Positions 1-9,962 of a DNA stretch of 64,000 nucleotides are shown piece by piece; within the stretch, counting starts at the first letter, position 1, and each line of letters starts with the position of its first letter. Source of the stretch: an uncultured bacterium (GTDB taxonomy: Bacteria; Hydrothermota; UBA3072); NCBI GenBank assembly GCA_964525555.1, contig CAZGHN010000013.1, positions 1,144 through 65,143 on the forward strand, written 5' to 3'. Below the pieces are notes generated by a model that was not told the DNA's origin, did no database searches, and was given only the letters and a program-made list of their open reading frames with translations. Position numbers and translations under genes: made by a program.

Positions 1-96
1 CTCCTATAATTTATTTTCACAAAATATATACAACAAACTCTCAACAAGTCAAGCCAAAGGGTTGAAAAAAACAAATATATTATTATAATTTTCATT

Positions 97-1185
97 ATGA
101 GACCTTCTCGGGTCGAAATAAACTTAAAAAATCTAGAACAAAATATAAAAATAGCCAAAAAGAAACTTGCAAAGAAAAAACTGCTTGCAGTTGTTAAGGC
201 TGATGCCTATGGCCACGGAGCAATCGCGGTTGCCTCCAGAGCAACTGCAATGGGAATTGACTTTCTCGGAGTAGGTATTGTTGAAGAAGGAATAGAACTA
301 AGAAATGCAGGTATACAAACTCCAATTATAATCTTAGCTCAAGAATTAAAAGAGAGAACCGAAGAAATAGTCCTCTTTAATCTTATCCCTACCGTCTGCT
401 CAAGAGAACTTCTGGAAAGTCTTGAGAGAGAAGGCAAAAGACAAAACAAAAAAGCTTCAATATTTGTCATGGTAGACACTGGCATGGGAAGATACGGTGT
501 CTCAGCGGATGAGTTTATATACTTTGTAAAACTAATAAAAACTATGAGTTTTGTTGAGTTAGAAGGAGTGATGTCACATTTTCCGGTAGCAGATTCCGAT
601 AAAAATTTTACTCAAAAACAGATTAGAGACTTTAACGCATTAATAAAAACATCAGAATCTTTGGGCATAAAAATACCTATAAAAAGTATGGCAAACTCTG
701 CTGCATTTCTTTTATATGAAAATTCAATATTTAATATGGTACGATTAGGTATTTTATTATATGGTATATCTCCTATTAAAGATTCGACTCCTTCTGATTA
801 CAAACCTGTTATGACTGTAAAAAGTAAAATATCTTTTATTAAAACAATACCTCCTGGTTATTCTGTAAGTTATTCAAGAACATTCATTGCAAAAAAACCA
901 ACAACAATAGCTACAGTACCGCTAGGTTACGCCGATGGTTATGATAGAGCATTATCAAACAAGGGTTGGATGATAGTACACGGCAAAAAAGCTCAAGTTA
1001 TTGGAAATGTTACTATGGACACAACAATGATTGACGTTTCTGATATTCCGGATGCAAGAATTGGCGATGAGGTAATCGTGATGAATTCTTTAGTAAGCGC
1101 CTGGGATATTGCAGAAACAATAGGAACAATTCCTTACGAAATTGTCTCTCGCATGGGGAAAAGACTTCCAAGATTATATGTATAA
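97..1185 (+). CDS. alr: alanine racemase
   Basis: N-terminal PLP-lysine motif AVVKADAYGHGA; 362 aa is typical for Alr; C-terminal beta-strand domain. Confidence 0.85.
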   Translation: MRPSRVEINLKNLEQNIKIAKKKLAKKKLLAVVKADAYGHGAIAVASRATAMGIDFLGVGIVEEGIELRNAGIQTPIIILAQELKERTEEIVLFNLIPTVCSRELLESLEREGKRQNKKASIFVMVDTGMGRYGVSADEFIYFVKLIKTMSFVELEGVMSHFPVADSDKNFTQKQIRDFNALIKTSESLGIKIPIKSMANSAAFLLYENSIFNMVRLGILLYGISPIKDSTPSDYKPVMTVKSKISFIKTIPPGYSVSYSRTFIAKKPTTIATVPLGYADGYDRALSNKGWMIVHGKKAQVIGNVTMDTTMIDVSDIPDARIGDEVIVMNSLVSAWDIAETIGTIPYEIVSRMGKRLPRLYV

Positions 1186-1334
1186 TCGTTAGAAGATTAG
1201 TTAAATAGTTAAATTGTTGAATAGTTGAATTGACCCTTTTCCCCCCACTATGTTATTTTTCATATTTGACTATTTTTTAATTTAAGATTTGACTGACTTT
1301 CTAAAGATCTCTGTTTAATCTTTAGAATATAACT

Positions 1335-4112
1335 TTAAGGAAATTTTTGTTCTATGAAAGCGCGTATGCTCTTGGAGCGATCACGTTTTAACGACTTGAG
1401 TAATTCTTCAGCACGTACCCCTCCTATCTCAGAAATAGCTTGAACTGCATTAAACCTAAGATCATCAGGATATAAATGTATACCGAAAACTTTCTTTGAT
1501 TCAATAATATTGGTCAATGCCTCCACAGATTGGCTATTACCTTTATCTGCCAAAATAGCACAAATACCTTTCTTTATCTCTGAATCCTCTTCCTTGGAAA
1601 ATTTTTCTAAAAGTAGTCTTTTGTTCAAAGCAGTCACACCTTCTTCAGTTACAAGGGGAGAAAGGACCGAAATCACATATTTTTGCACTTCAGAATAATT
1701 GGAATCTAAGAAAGGTAACAAATAAGTTTCCGCTTTAGTTTTCAAAATGTGTCGAAGTGTTCTTATAAGCTCTATTTGAACCATCTCGTGGTCATCTTTT
1801 AAAGCGTAAATATCATCCAGCATTTTTTCATCCCCAATACTTCCTATAATCAAAACAGCATTTCTTCTAACAAACCATCTTTTGTCTCCAAGATATTTCT
1901 TTACAGTTTCCAATGCTCCAGGACCAATACCTTGAATAATTTTCAAAAGAGAAAACCTAACCTGCTTATCCTCTGACTCTTTTAGTAACTCCATAAGATA
2001 TGGAATAGATTCTACTCCAAACTCTTCAACTTTTTCAACTACAATTTCGCGTAGATCTTTCTCCCACAAAAGAGAAAGCAAAACGTTTGTAGATTCTTTA
2101 GTCCTAATCTCAGCTAAATTAGGAATAATAACTTTTGCCTTCTCTATATTGTTAACTTCACCTGCAAAAAAGGAAACAACAGCACTTACTAAAAAATCAT
2201 ATCCTGCAACGGCACTCATAACACCCACCCGACTAAGAGTTTCAACATACTTTATGTAAACGTCTTTGTTTCTTTCTTTTCTTGCGTGCTGCGTCAACGC
2301 ATCAGTAACCCTACGAATAACACTGATTTTATCTCCTTTAAAGAATTGCTCTATAAGACTCATTAGAGTTACAAGTGCATTTATTCTAACTTCAGGCGAT
2401 TCTGCCTCAAGACTGCCATAAAGAGATTCAAGCAAAGATTTAATATCCGTCGAATCAATGCTAGCTTTCAGCTTATCCTTCAACCTCCCATAAGCCCTCT
2501 TGCTGACACCGCCAACCCTTTTGGCGCTTCTTGGAGGAACGGTTAACTTCTCCCAAAGACTTAAAAAATCTTTCCCACTTATTCCAATTTCTTTTAAATT
2601 TTCCATTGCATATTTCTTAACCTTAGACAGCTTATCTTTATCCAAAGAGGATAAAAATCCATCGAGCATATCTCTTTGTCCCTCTTCAACCAGGAAAAAG
2701 ACCATTGCCATAATATCTTCCGCATCCATTAAAGGTAGTAAAATCCTTGCCATTGTAATTTTTACAGGACTTTTACTTTTCATAATACGTAAGAAGACTT
2801 CTTTTCTGATTTCATTGGGAACTTTTTCAAAAGTCTTTCTTATTTTTACGGATTCATGTAACAAATTATCTTCTCCAAACTGCCTTACAAACTCTTTTAT
2901 GAAATCTTCCAAACCTTTGCCTATTTTACCAGCTTTATTCTTTTCTTTTTTGTTTAAAAGACATACCGAACCAAAAAACTGGTCAATTTGATCTACACCA
3001 TATTCTTCACCAGATATTTCGGAAAATTTACTTACAAAAGAAGTAACACTACTAGAGCCAGCTTCGCTTCTTTTACTTTTAGCAGAATCGGTGCCTCCCA
3101 AATCTTCACTCCTAACACCTGTGCTTTCACCGGAAGATTCTCCTTTAACGCCTCCTTTCTTTGCTTTTGCAACCTTTTCCTTAAGTCTGCCCTCAAGACC
3201 TACAATATCTACTTCCTCTATTTCCATCAACTTCAATTTTTCCCTAATCTCCGGCAATATACTATCCAGTTTTTCAGGTGTTAGATGCATAAGTACCTCT
3301 TCAGCATCTAAAACACCTAGAAGTCTGACTCTGTTAACAAAAATTTCTACAATTTCTTCATCAGAAAAGGTCATTATAATTGATTTTATTATCGAAGAAA
3401 TCTGTTTAAGCTTCATTTTATCCTGTATTATATACCTTTTAACTTCTGGATTTATCGAAGACATGACCTTTTCAAAAACTTTTTCACGGTCTACTATATC
3501 TTTATCCCCGGAAGAAGCAACCATACTATCATAAAGCTGAACTAGTCCATAGGTTACTTTGTCCGCTTCCACTGAAGGAGGATCTTCTTCTTTAACATTA
3601 CAAGTTGTCTCAAGAAAATGAACCAAATCAAAATCTTCACCTTCAACCATATCCAGACCGTATCCCGGTTCCCCCACATAACCTTCTTCACCTTTTGCCC
3701 TTATCTGAAATTCTACAGTGTTAAAATAAACCTTATCTGCTTTTCTTTCTATCAAAAGAGTGTTTATATCCTCATATTCACTAACATCCTTTGGAGGATT
3801 AGCAACCAGATCCAAAAATCCACCAATATCTATCTCAGTACAACCCGTATCAAAAGTCAAGCTCTCAACATTCATTCGCTTAAGTTTTTTAACAAATAGC
3901 TGAACACTAGAAAATTCCGATAGATCAACATTAATATCTTCCACAATAACGCTATCTCCAAGAAAAACTATTGAGATCTCATCTGTCTCGTCTGCGAAAG
4001 AATTAATAGAATTAAGAATTTTCTCTAGCTGTTCTTTTATAATTGGGTGTTCACCTGGATAGGCTATTTTGTGATTGACACCAAGCGCGAGATCTCTTAA
4101 AAGATTAACCAA
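1335..4112 (-). CDS. large HEAT/PBS-lyase-like repeat protein, function unknown
   Basis: 925 aa ORF; C-terminal half has repeated ~30-aa alpha-helical units (…GDKRWFVRRNAVLIIGSIGDEKMLD…, …DHEMVQIELIRTLRHI…) typical of HEAT/PBS-lyase repeats; central Ser/Gly/Glu-rich linker. Confidence 0.5.
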   Translation of the reverse strand: MVNLLRDLALGVNHKIAYPGEHPIIKEQLEKILNSINSFADETDEISIVFLGDSVIVEDINVDLSEFSSVQLFVKKLKRMNVESLTFDTGCTEIDIGGFLDLVANPPKDVSEYEDINTLLIERKADKVYFNTVEFQIRAKGEEGYVGEPGYGLDMVEGEDFDLVHFLETTCNVKEEDPPSVEADKVTYGLVQLYDSMVASSGDKDIVDREKVFEKVMSSINPEVKRYIIQDKMKLKQISSIIKSIIMTFSDEEIVEIFVNRVRLLGVLDAEEVLMHLTPEKLDSILPEIREKLKLMEIEEVDIVGLEGRLKEKVAKAKKGGVKGESSGESTGVRSEDLGGTDSAKSKRSEAGSSSVTSFVSKFSEISGEEYGVDQIDQFFGSVCLLNKKEKNKAGKIGKGLEDFIKEFVRQFGEDNLLHESVKIRKTFEKVPNEIRKEVFLRIMKSKSPVKITMARILLPLMDAEDIMAMVFFLVEEGQRDMLDGFLSSLDKDKLSKVKKYAMENLKEIGISGKDFLSLWEKLTVPPRSAKRVGGVSKRAYGRLKDKLKASIDSTDIKSLLESLYGSLEAESPEVRINALVTLMSLIEQFFKGDKISVIRRVTDALTQHARKERNKDVYIKYVETLSRVGVMSAVAGYDFLVSAVVSFFAGEVNNIEKAKVIIPNLAEIRTKESTNVLLSLLWEKDLREIVVEKVEEFGVESIPYLMELLKESEDKQVRFSLLKIIQGIGPGALETVKKYLGDKRWFVRRNAVLIIGSIGDEKMLDDIYALKDDHEMVQIELIRTLRHILKTKAETYLLPFLDSNYSEVQKYVISVLSPLVTEEGVTALNKRLLLEKFSKEEDSEIKKGICAILADKGNSQSVEALTNIIESKKVFGIHLYPDDLRFNAVQAISEIGGVRAEELLKSLKRDRSKSIRAFIEQKFP

Positions 4113-4344
4113 ATATTCTTTTTCGATATTTTCCTCCTTTAAAGTAATTATACTTACTTTTTACGATTTTTCAAGATATTTATTTAATCAAGACACTATG
4201 TACATATTAAAAATAATACAAAAGGGGAAAACCCCTTGACAAAATATAAAAAAATTCGTAGAATATTATCTAAGATAGATTTTTTATGAAAATTTAAGCA
4301 ATCTTAGTATTTAATTTTTTCTTTAGTTATAAAGAGGTAAAGGG

Positions 4345-5031
4345 GTGTACGAAATGCATGAATTTGCAGAATTTCGTCAAAAAATTATAAACTGGGAAAA
4401 GGAGAGTGCTGAACGAAAAAACACTGCTGATGAGTTACACAAACGGTTCGAGTATCTTAAAGACGCAATTTTAAATTCACTACCAGCTGTCGAAAAATAC
4501 GTAGAAAGCCTTGACAGTAATGTAAGTGTCCATCAAAAGAAAGTAGCAACAATTAGCGAAGCTTTAGCTGATTATATGGAACTTAGTCCAAAAGATAAGT
4601 TAGGCATACGGGCTGCAAGCAAATTACACGACTTGGGAAAATTATGTGTACCATCCGAAATTTTGAATAAACCGGGGAGTCTAACCAAATTAGAATATGA
4701 TATTACCCAATTCCATTCATACATTGGCTATAGAATATTATCAAAAATAAGAGTTATGGCCGAAGCCTCAAAAATGGTTCTACAACACCATGAAAGGATT
4801 GATGGTTCAGGTTATCCTGCTGGACTAAAAGGAGATGAACTCTCTATTGGAGCAAAAATCCTTGCGGTAGCGGATGTACTAGAAGCAATGACATCATTAA
4901 AGCCTTATAGATTTCCGCATGATAGAAAAAACACACTGGAAGAAATCTCAAAGGAAAAAGGTATTAAATACGACCCTGATGTGGTCGAAGCTTGTATAGA
5001 ACTTTTCGATAAAAAGAACTTAAAATTCTAA
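4345..5031 (+). CDS. HD-GYP domain phosphohydrolase (putative c-di-GMP phosphodiesterase)
   Basis: HD motif (KLHDLGK) and HHERIDGSGYP signature of HD-GYP family. Confidence 0.8.
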   Translation: MYEMHEFAEFRQKIINWEKESAERKNTADELHKRFEYLKDAILNSLPAVEKYVESLDSNVSVHQKKVATISEALADYMELSPKDKLGIRAASKLHDLGKLCVPSEILNKPGSLTKLEYDITQFHSYIGYRILSKIRVMAEASKMVLQHHERIDGSGYPAGLKGDELSIGAKILAVADVLEAMTSLKPYRFPHDRKNTLEEISKEKGIKYDPDVVEACIELFDKKNLKF

Positions 5032-5050
5032 AAACTTGACAATCCCGCCA

Positions 5051-5980
5051 TTACTGTCCATTCCACCCTGCAAGACATGCCCACAACCACCAAGCAGCAA
5101 AGGCTTTTTGGTTCGCATTTAATGCTTGACTATGCGCTGAGCCACAGGAGTACCAATCAACTCCTTGGGTATGTGTATCTTGCCACTCGAGAGCCCAGTT
5201 TCCTAAACTGTCTCCATTTTCATTGTAATAATTGCAATTGTCATGGCAAAATTCATACTCAATTCCGTCAGGGTCATGTCTGTCAAAATCCGCAAAATCG
5301 AAAAGCCATTTATCATTATTCCGACAATACGATCTTATCGAATCATTTGCGGATTTGTTATCTGCATCATTATTTATATCGACATGCCCCGTCATATATA
5401 TAAATGTTACGTAGGGATACTCCATTTCCAATTGTGTCATCGGCCCAAGATACTCATCCCACAGAACACCTGAAGAATACTTACTGCTCACCTGACTGCA
5501 CCAAGACCACATAATAACGTTAACATCAGAGTGAGATGGGTCATTAAGATACTCTCTTGTTTCGTCAACCCAATTGGGATAATAACCGCAATCATGGTCG
5601 ATCCAACCATCACCGTAACCGTCACCCTCTTCAAGGTCAAGCGCACCCCCTGTGCCTCCGTTATTAAAAGCGAAAATATCATCGGGCAAAGAAAGTCCTT
5701 TACCACCAACATTAGCAAAATCGATAAGCCCCGACATCCCGGAAGTTATTTGGCTACCGTGAGAAGTATGTCCATAGCCGATATGTAAAGTGTTTTTTGC
5801 TTCCTCAATCCAGTCTTGAGGTACTCTAGTTATATCAACACAATAATGATTGATCATGCGACCTGAATTATTTCCTGAAATAAATAGTATAGAATCATAA
5901 AGAGTTCTATCCTCACAAGAGAAACCAGTCAGTAAAATAAAAACCGTTGCCGAATAAATTATTACTACTATCTTCTTCAT
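5051..5980 (-). CDS. putative lipoprotein, Cys/Trp/Asp-rich, function unknown
   Basis: Signal peptide with lipobox-like …LLTGFSC; 309 aa; no motif I recognise. Confidence 0.4.
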   Translation of the reverse strand: MKKIVVIIYSATVFILLTGFSCEDRTLYDSILFISGNNSGRMINHYCVDITRVPQDWIEEAKNTLHIGYGHTSHGSQITSGMSGLIDFANVGGKGLSLPDDIFAFNNGGTGGALDLEEGDGYGDGWIDHDCGYYPNWVDETREYLNDPSHSDVNVIMWSWCSQVSSKYSSGVLWDEYLGPMTQLEMEYPYVTFIYMTGHVDINNDADNKSANDSIRSYCRNNDKWLFDFADFDRHDPDGIEYEFCHDNCNYYNENGDSLGNWALEWQDTHTQGVDWYSCGSAHSQALNANQKAFAAWWLWACLAGWNGQ

Positions 5981-6166
5981 CTGTCCTCCTTTTTATAGAG
6001 AATATATATAATTGTATAAATTTCTTTAAAGATTGTCAAGGATTTTTTTAGAATTGGCTACAGCAACACGGAAAACTCTTTCTCGCGAATAAACTCGGAT
6101 ACAACAAAACGAGGATTACTTCTATTCCTTTTTACAATTTATTTAAGCAAAACTAAAAGGGTTTTT

Positions 6167-8011
6167 CTAATCTACTTTCAATAACTTTTCCGAAGCTCTA
6201 ACATCAGGACTTTCAAAACTACAAAGATATATGCCAGCCGGAACCCTAACACCATTCATGTTAGTACCATTCCAGGTTACAGAGTATGTAGAAGGTTCAA
6301 GTATTTCGTTAACCAGTGAATTTATGAGCTTTCCGGAAAGATCGTAAATATCAACCCTCACACCACTTTTACTCTCAACTTTGAAAATTATATCTACAGA
6401 ATTAATCATGATGAGAGAAGAAACTTTCAAAATGTTTTCTTCATCAATCTCCCTTACCCCTGCGCTTGCAGTAACCACATAATTTAAAGAAAATTCAGAA
6501 GTATTAAAATTCATATCAGTAGTCGTCGCTGTTATAGTATCACCCGCAGTAAGTCCGGGAATAATAACACTCCAATCTCCCGAGGCGTTAGAGGGGGTAG
6601 CAGAGCCGAGATAAACCTGTCCCTCTCCGTATCCCGACGGATCAGCTCTTGCCTTAAAAACTTCAACAAAAGCCTGTGTTGGATCTGTATCTATGTCTAC
6701 TCGTCCGTAAACAGTTGTTTGTCCGGCAACATCAACTGCGCTATCGATCACAGGAAAGTTTAAATCCTGATTTGCCGAATCATCCGGATCACCTGGATCA
6801 TTCAAAGTCACTCCGTCTTTATCAAGATCTATTCCAAGACGGGAAGGTCCGGATATTCCGTTGTTATAGATAGAGTTCTGCGTTATCTGATTCCCATCAG
6901 CATTTGAGTTGCTACTTGGATGTTCCCAGACTATAACTCCGCTACTATCATTGTGAGCAATAATATTATTTGGTCCGATTATGTTGTTGGTAGCGTAACC
7001 AAGATACCAGGCAGGAGCCCCGGTTCCAAAATAAATACCTATGCTAACTCCTTCTCTCCAATTAGCCATCGGAGTTGCCCGATCAACCGCAAGACCAATT
7101 ACATTATTAGAAACAGTATTATCCGTAGTATACCAATAAATATCCTCTCCAACATTCACATACCCTACAATACAGACCCCTTCAGTTCTGTTGTCTGAAA
7201 TAAGATTACTATCTACAACATTATGATGAGCTGCTTCCCCGATATAAACACCATCGCATGAATTACCAAGAGCCGCCATACCCGTTATATCAGTCCCTAA
7301 ATGGTTCTTTAGTACCAAATTCGAATGATTGTCTCCCGGAGGACAGCTGGAAATAGACACGCCCTGTGCATAATTGCAAGAAGAAATGTTCCCTTCCACT
7401 ACGTTACTGTGTGTAAATGCTGTGTCGCCTGCGTTAACAACAATATCAACGCCTGCCCAGGGACTTATCCCGTTCCAACCATTTCCGCGATTCATAATCC
7501 CCATCATATCAGTGCCAATAAAATTACTGTAAATATAGTTATTATATGTAGTATCACGAGTCCCCTCAATACGGATTCCATCCTGCGAGAAACTATCTAT
7601 TACCATACCCTGGATAGTATTATTGGGTGAAACTATCCATATTCCATGTGCGCCCGGTCCAGCTGCGGATCCACTAAGCTCTACCACAAGCATAGCTGTT
7701 GCCGGAGGGTTAGGTCCGGGAGCTCCGCCTTGAGAGAATCCATCAATAAGCACACCAGCTCTATCCGTAAGGGGGGGAAGTGGAACTGTAGGACGTATGG
7801 TAACCGGCCCTCCAGGAGGAATGGCAAAAATGATAGTATCCCTACCCGGAGTCGTATTTGCAGATATGATAGCTGTACTTAAAGAACCAGCTCCTGGGTC
7901 AATGAAACTTGTAACGGTAAAAGTAGCCGCTTCTAAATATAAAGTCCCCCCAAATATAAAACAAATCAAGATTAAAAAAAACAAGTTATTTGGTATTTTG
8001 ATATTCTTCAT
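6167..8011 (-). CDS. secreted parallel beta-helix repeat protein with T9SS C-terminal sorting domain
   Basis: N-terminal signal peptide; Gly/Asn-rich repeats typical of right-handed beta-helix; C-terminal ~80 aa (…VRVDIYDLSGKLINSL…AGIYLCSFES…KLLKV) resembles Por_Secre_tail CTD. Confidence 0.6.
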   Translation of the reverse strand: MKNIKIPNNLFFLILICFIFGGTLYLEAATFTVTSFIDPGAGSLSTAIISANTTPGRDTIIFAIPPGGPVTIRPTVPLPPLTDRAGVLIDGFSQGGAPGPNPPATAMLVVELSGSAAGPGAHGIWIVSPNNTIQGMVIDSFSQDGIRIEGTRDTTYNNYIYSNFIGTDMMGIMNRGNGWNGISPWAGVDIVVNAGDTAFTHSNVVEGNISSCNYAQGVSISSCPPGDNHSNLVLKNHLGTDITGMAALGNSCDGVYIGEAAHHNVVDSNLISDNRTEGVCIVGYVNVGEDIYWYTTDNTVSNNVIGLAVDRATPMANWREGVSIGIYFGTGAPAWYLGYATNNIIGPNNIIAHNDSSGVIVWEHPSSNSNADGNQITQNSIYNNGISGPSRLGIDLDKDGVTLNDPGDPDDSANQDLNFPVIDSAVDVAGQTTVYGRVDIDTDPTQAFVEVFKARADPSGYGEGQVYLGSATPSNASGDWSVIIPGLTAGDTITATTTDMNFNTSEFSLNYVVTASAGVREIDEENILKVSSLIMINSVDIIFKVESKSGVRVDIYDLSGKLINSLVNEILEPSTYSVTWNGTNMNGVRVPAGIYLCSFESPDVRASEKLLKVD

Positions 8012-8257
8012 ATGCTCCTCCTTTTCCCTTCCTTTCTTTGGAACAAAAAACGAATTAAATTATACAGCTAAAATAACATTTTATTTTCTCATCATAATTA
8101 TAAAGAAAAACAAATAGAATGTCAACAATATTTTTTAGAAAAAATATACGGTCGAGAAATCAGTATTTTTTTGAAAAGGGTTGACAGAATACTAATTTTA
8201 TTTAACTTCTTTTCATTCTTAAGATAAAGAAAAAAGGGGAATAAAGAGAAAAGATTT

Positions 8258-8353
8258 ATGCCAAGTGGAAGAAAAAGAAAATTAAAAAAAATAAAGAAAC
8301 ATAAAAGAAAAAAGAAAAGAAGAGCAGATCGCCATAAAAAGAAGAAAGTTTAA
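8258..8353 (+). CDS. 31-aa extremely basic small protein (MPSGRKRKLKKIKKHKRKKKRRADRHKKKKV)
   Basis: ATG-initiated ORF below the ORF-track length cutoff; 21 of 31 residues are Lys/Arg/His; followed about 65 nt downstream by a hairpin plus T-tract terminator (8417-8446). Confidence 0.25.
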   Translation: MPSGRKRKLKKIKKHKRKKKRRADRHKKKKV

Positions 8354-8416
8354 CTTTTAACATCGTCGAACTTTTCTTTCTGAGTTTTTTTATTTTAAAC
8401 CATTGTTAATTTGATA

Positions 8417-8446
8417 AACCGCGTGATTAAACGCGCGGTTTTTGCT
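8417..8446 (+). terminator. Rho-independent terminator-like hairpin (AACCGCG…CGCGGTT + TTTTT)
   Basis: GC-rich inverted repeat followed by T-run, read directly. Confidence 0.45.
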
Positions 8447-8587
8447 GTAAAAAAATATCGCTCTTTGCTTCTCAGGCTTGTTTTTGCTATATGTAATTGG
8501 TACGATATTTATATTTTTTACTGTATTTGAAATATTGAAAATTTTTAAAAGGTTTAAAATAAAAAGAGAGGTTAAAATTAAAGCAAA

Positions 8588-9124
8588 ATGATATTTCTAA
8601 TATTCTTCCATACTTTTGCCGGAGGTGGAATAGGTGGATTCTACGGGCATAATGAAGCCTTTACAGTATCTTTGGATTTTGGAAAAACAATCAATCCTTC
8701 TCTAGATTTTGGAACAAAATTCACAATGTCCTGGACTAAGAACGCTCCCTCTTATTACGATATTGATTTTTATAATTGGGGTGATCCTGGTGATTATCCC
8801 AGAGAATTCTTTTCTAGATATAAAGAAAGAAACGAAGTAGCGGCACACTTTGTCGCAAGAAAATACCTCAATAATCTTATTCTAATTGGCCTTGCAGGTA
8901 TTTCATTGCAAGAGTATATAGTTCTACCAACACATGAATCACTTCCCCCCTATCCTTTGGGAGAAGAAGACGTATACTATTTTGCTTTTGGAGCCGGAGT
9001 GGGAATCAAAATATCAAGCTTCGATTTTTGTCTAACTTATTCTAACAGACACGGCCCTTTGCTTTACATAACCAGGCAATTCGGCTCAAAGAAAGAAGAA
9101 ATACACAATAACAAGAAATACTAA
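8588..9124 (+). CDS. hypothetical protein
   Basis: ORF only; Gly/aromatic-rich, possibly an outer-membrane beta-strand protein; the true start may lie upstream. Confidence 0.3.
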   Translation: MIFLIFFHTFAGGGIGGFYGHNEAFTVSLDFGKTINPSLDFGTKFTMSWTKNAPSYYDIDFYNWGDPGDYPREFFSRYKERNEVAAHFVARKYLNNLILIGLAGISLQEYIVLPTHESLPPYPLGEEDVYYFAFGAGVGIKISSFDFCLTYSNRHGPLLYITRQFGSKKEEIHNNKKY

Positions 9125-9236
9125 AAATATCAAATTTTATTAATCTAGACATTGCAAAATTACGACTTAATGTTATATTATTATAGCAAAAAAAACAAAA
9201 TTAGTATTAGAGTATTAATAAAAGAAGAGAAAAACA

Positions 9237-9848
9237 TTGAAACAGACTGAAAAAATAGGTAAAAAATTAAGAAAATTTAGAAAAAATAAGGGTTGGACTC
9301 TTAAAAAAATGGCCGGCGAACTGGGGCTTCACTGGACTACAATCCAAGCGTGGGAAAAAGGCAAATATGGAATACCTTCTACGAAAGTTGATAAAGTTTG
9401 CAAGGTTCTAGGAATATCTCCAAGTCTTTTATTCGAAGAAAAACCTGATAAAATAGCCTATCCTTTTGTTGAAGGTATATTCCCCGATGCAGCTGTATTG
9501 GCGCATAGAAATATCAGTAAAAATATTAACATAAAGGAAATCCTTCCAAGTGGTGCCGACTTCTTGATTATAAAAGTTGAAAGCGACAGTATGAAAAATG
9601 CGGGGATATTAAAAGGAGACTGGGCTTTAGTAGATACTTCAATTATAGATCCTCACATAAAAAACATATATGCCATCGCGATTTTTTACGAAAAAGAAAA
9701 CAAAGGGGAAATAACCTTAAAAAAAGTCGAAAAAGTAGGAAGTACAGTAATATTAATACCTTCAAATATCGAGTACGACATTCAAGTTTATCATAAATCC
9801 GAAATCAAAATTATCGGAAAAGTAGTAAGAGTACTTCGAGCCCTTTAA
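9237..9848 (+). CDS. LexA/CI-like repressor (XRE HTH + S24 peptidase domain)
   Basis: N-terminal HTH (LRKFRKNKGWTLKKMAGELGLHWTTIQAWEKG); C-terminal domain with SDSM (catalytic Ser) and a downstream Lys (…ITLKKVEK…) typical of the S24 Ser-Lys dyad. Confidence 0.65.
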   Translation: MKQTEKIGKKLRKFRKNKGWTLKKMAGELGLHWTTIQAWEKGKYGIPSTKVDKVCKVLGISPSLLFEEKPDKIAYPFVEGIFPDAAVLAHRNISKNINIKEILPSGADFLIIKVESDSMKNAGILKGDWALVDTSIIDPHIKNIYAIAIFYEKENKGEITLKKVEKVGSTVILIPSNIEYDIQVYHKSEIKIIGKVVRVLRAL

Positions 9849-9962
9849 CAAAACCCCTACAATCAAAAGACAACTAAACATAAATTGCACGAATAACACA
9901 AATGATTTTTGTTCTCTAATATCTTAGCCCAGGTACATGACGCTTAGTTTTCGCCATCTGCC

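Noticed and set aside
2500-3899. Plus-strand ORFs 2500-2991, 2988-3284, 3091-3534 and 3618-3899
   Set aside because: They are antisense to the 925-aa HEAT-repeat gene, low-complexity, with no start-site context. The same applies to antisense ORFs within alaS, the Bat genes, the pilT genes and others in the track.
5981-6166. Possible small RNA or promoter between two convergent secreted-protein genes
   Set aside because: There is only AT-rich sequence with no convincing hairpin and T-tract or conserved motif. Nothing supports it beyond spacer composition.
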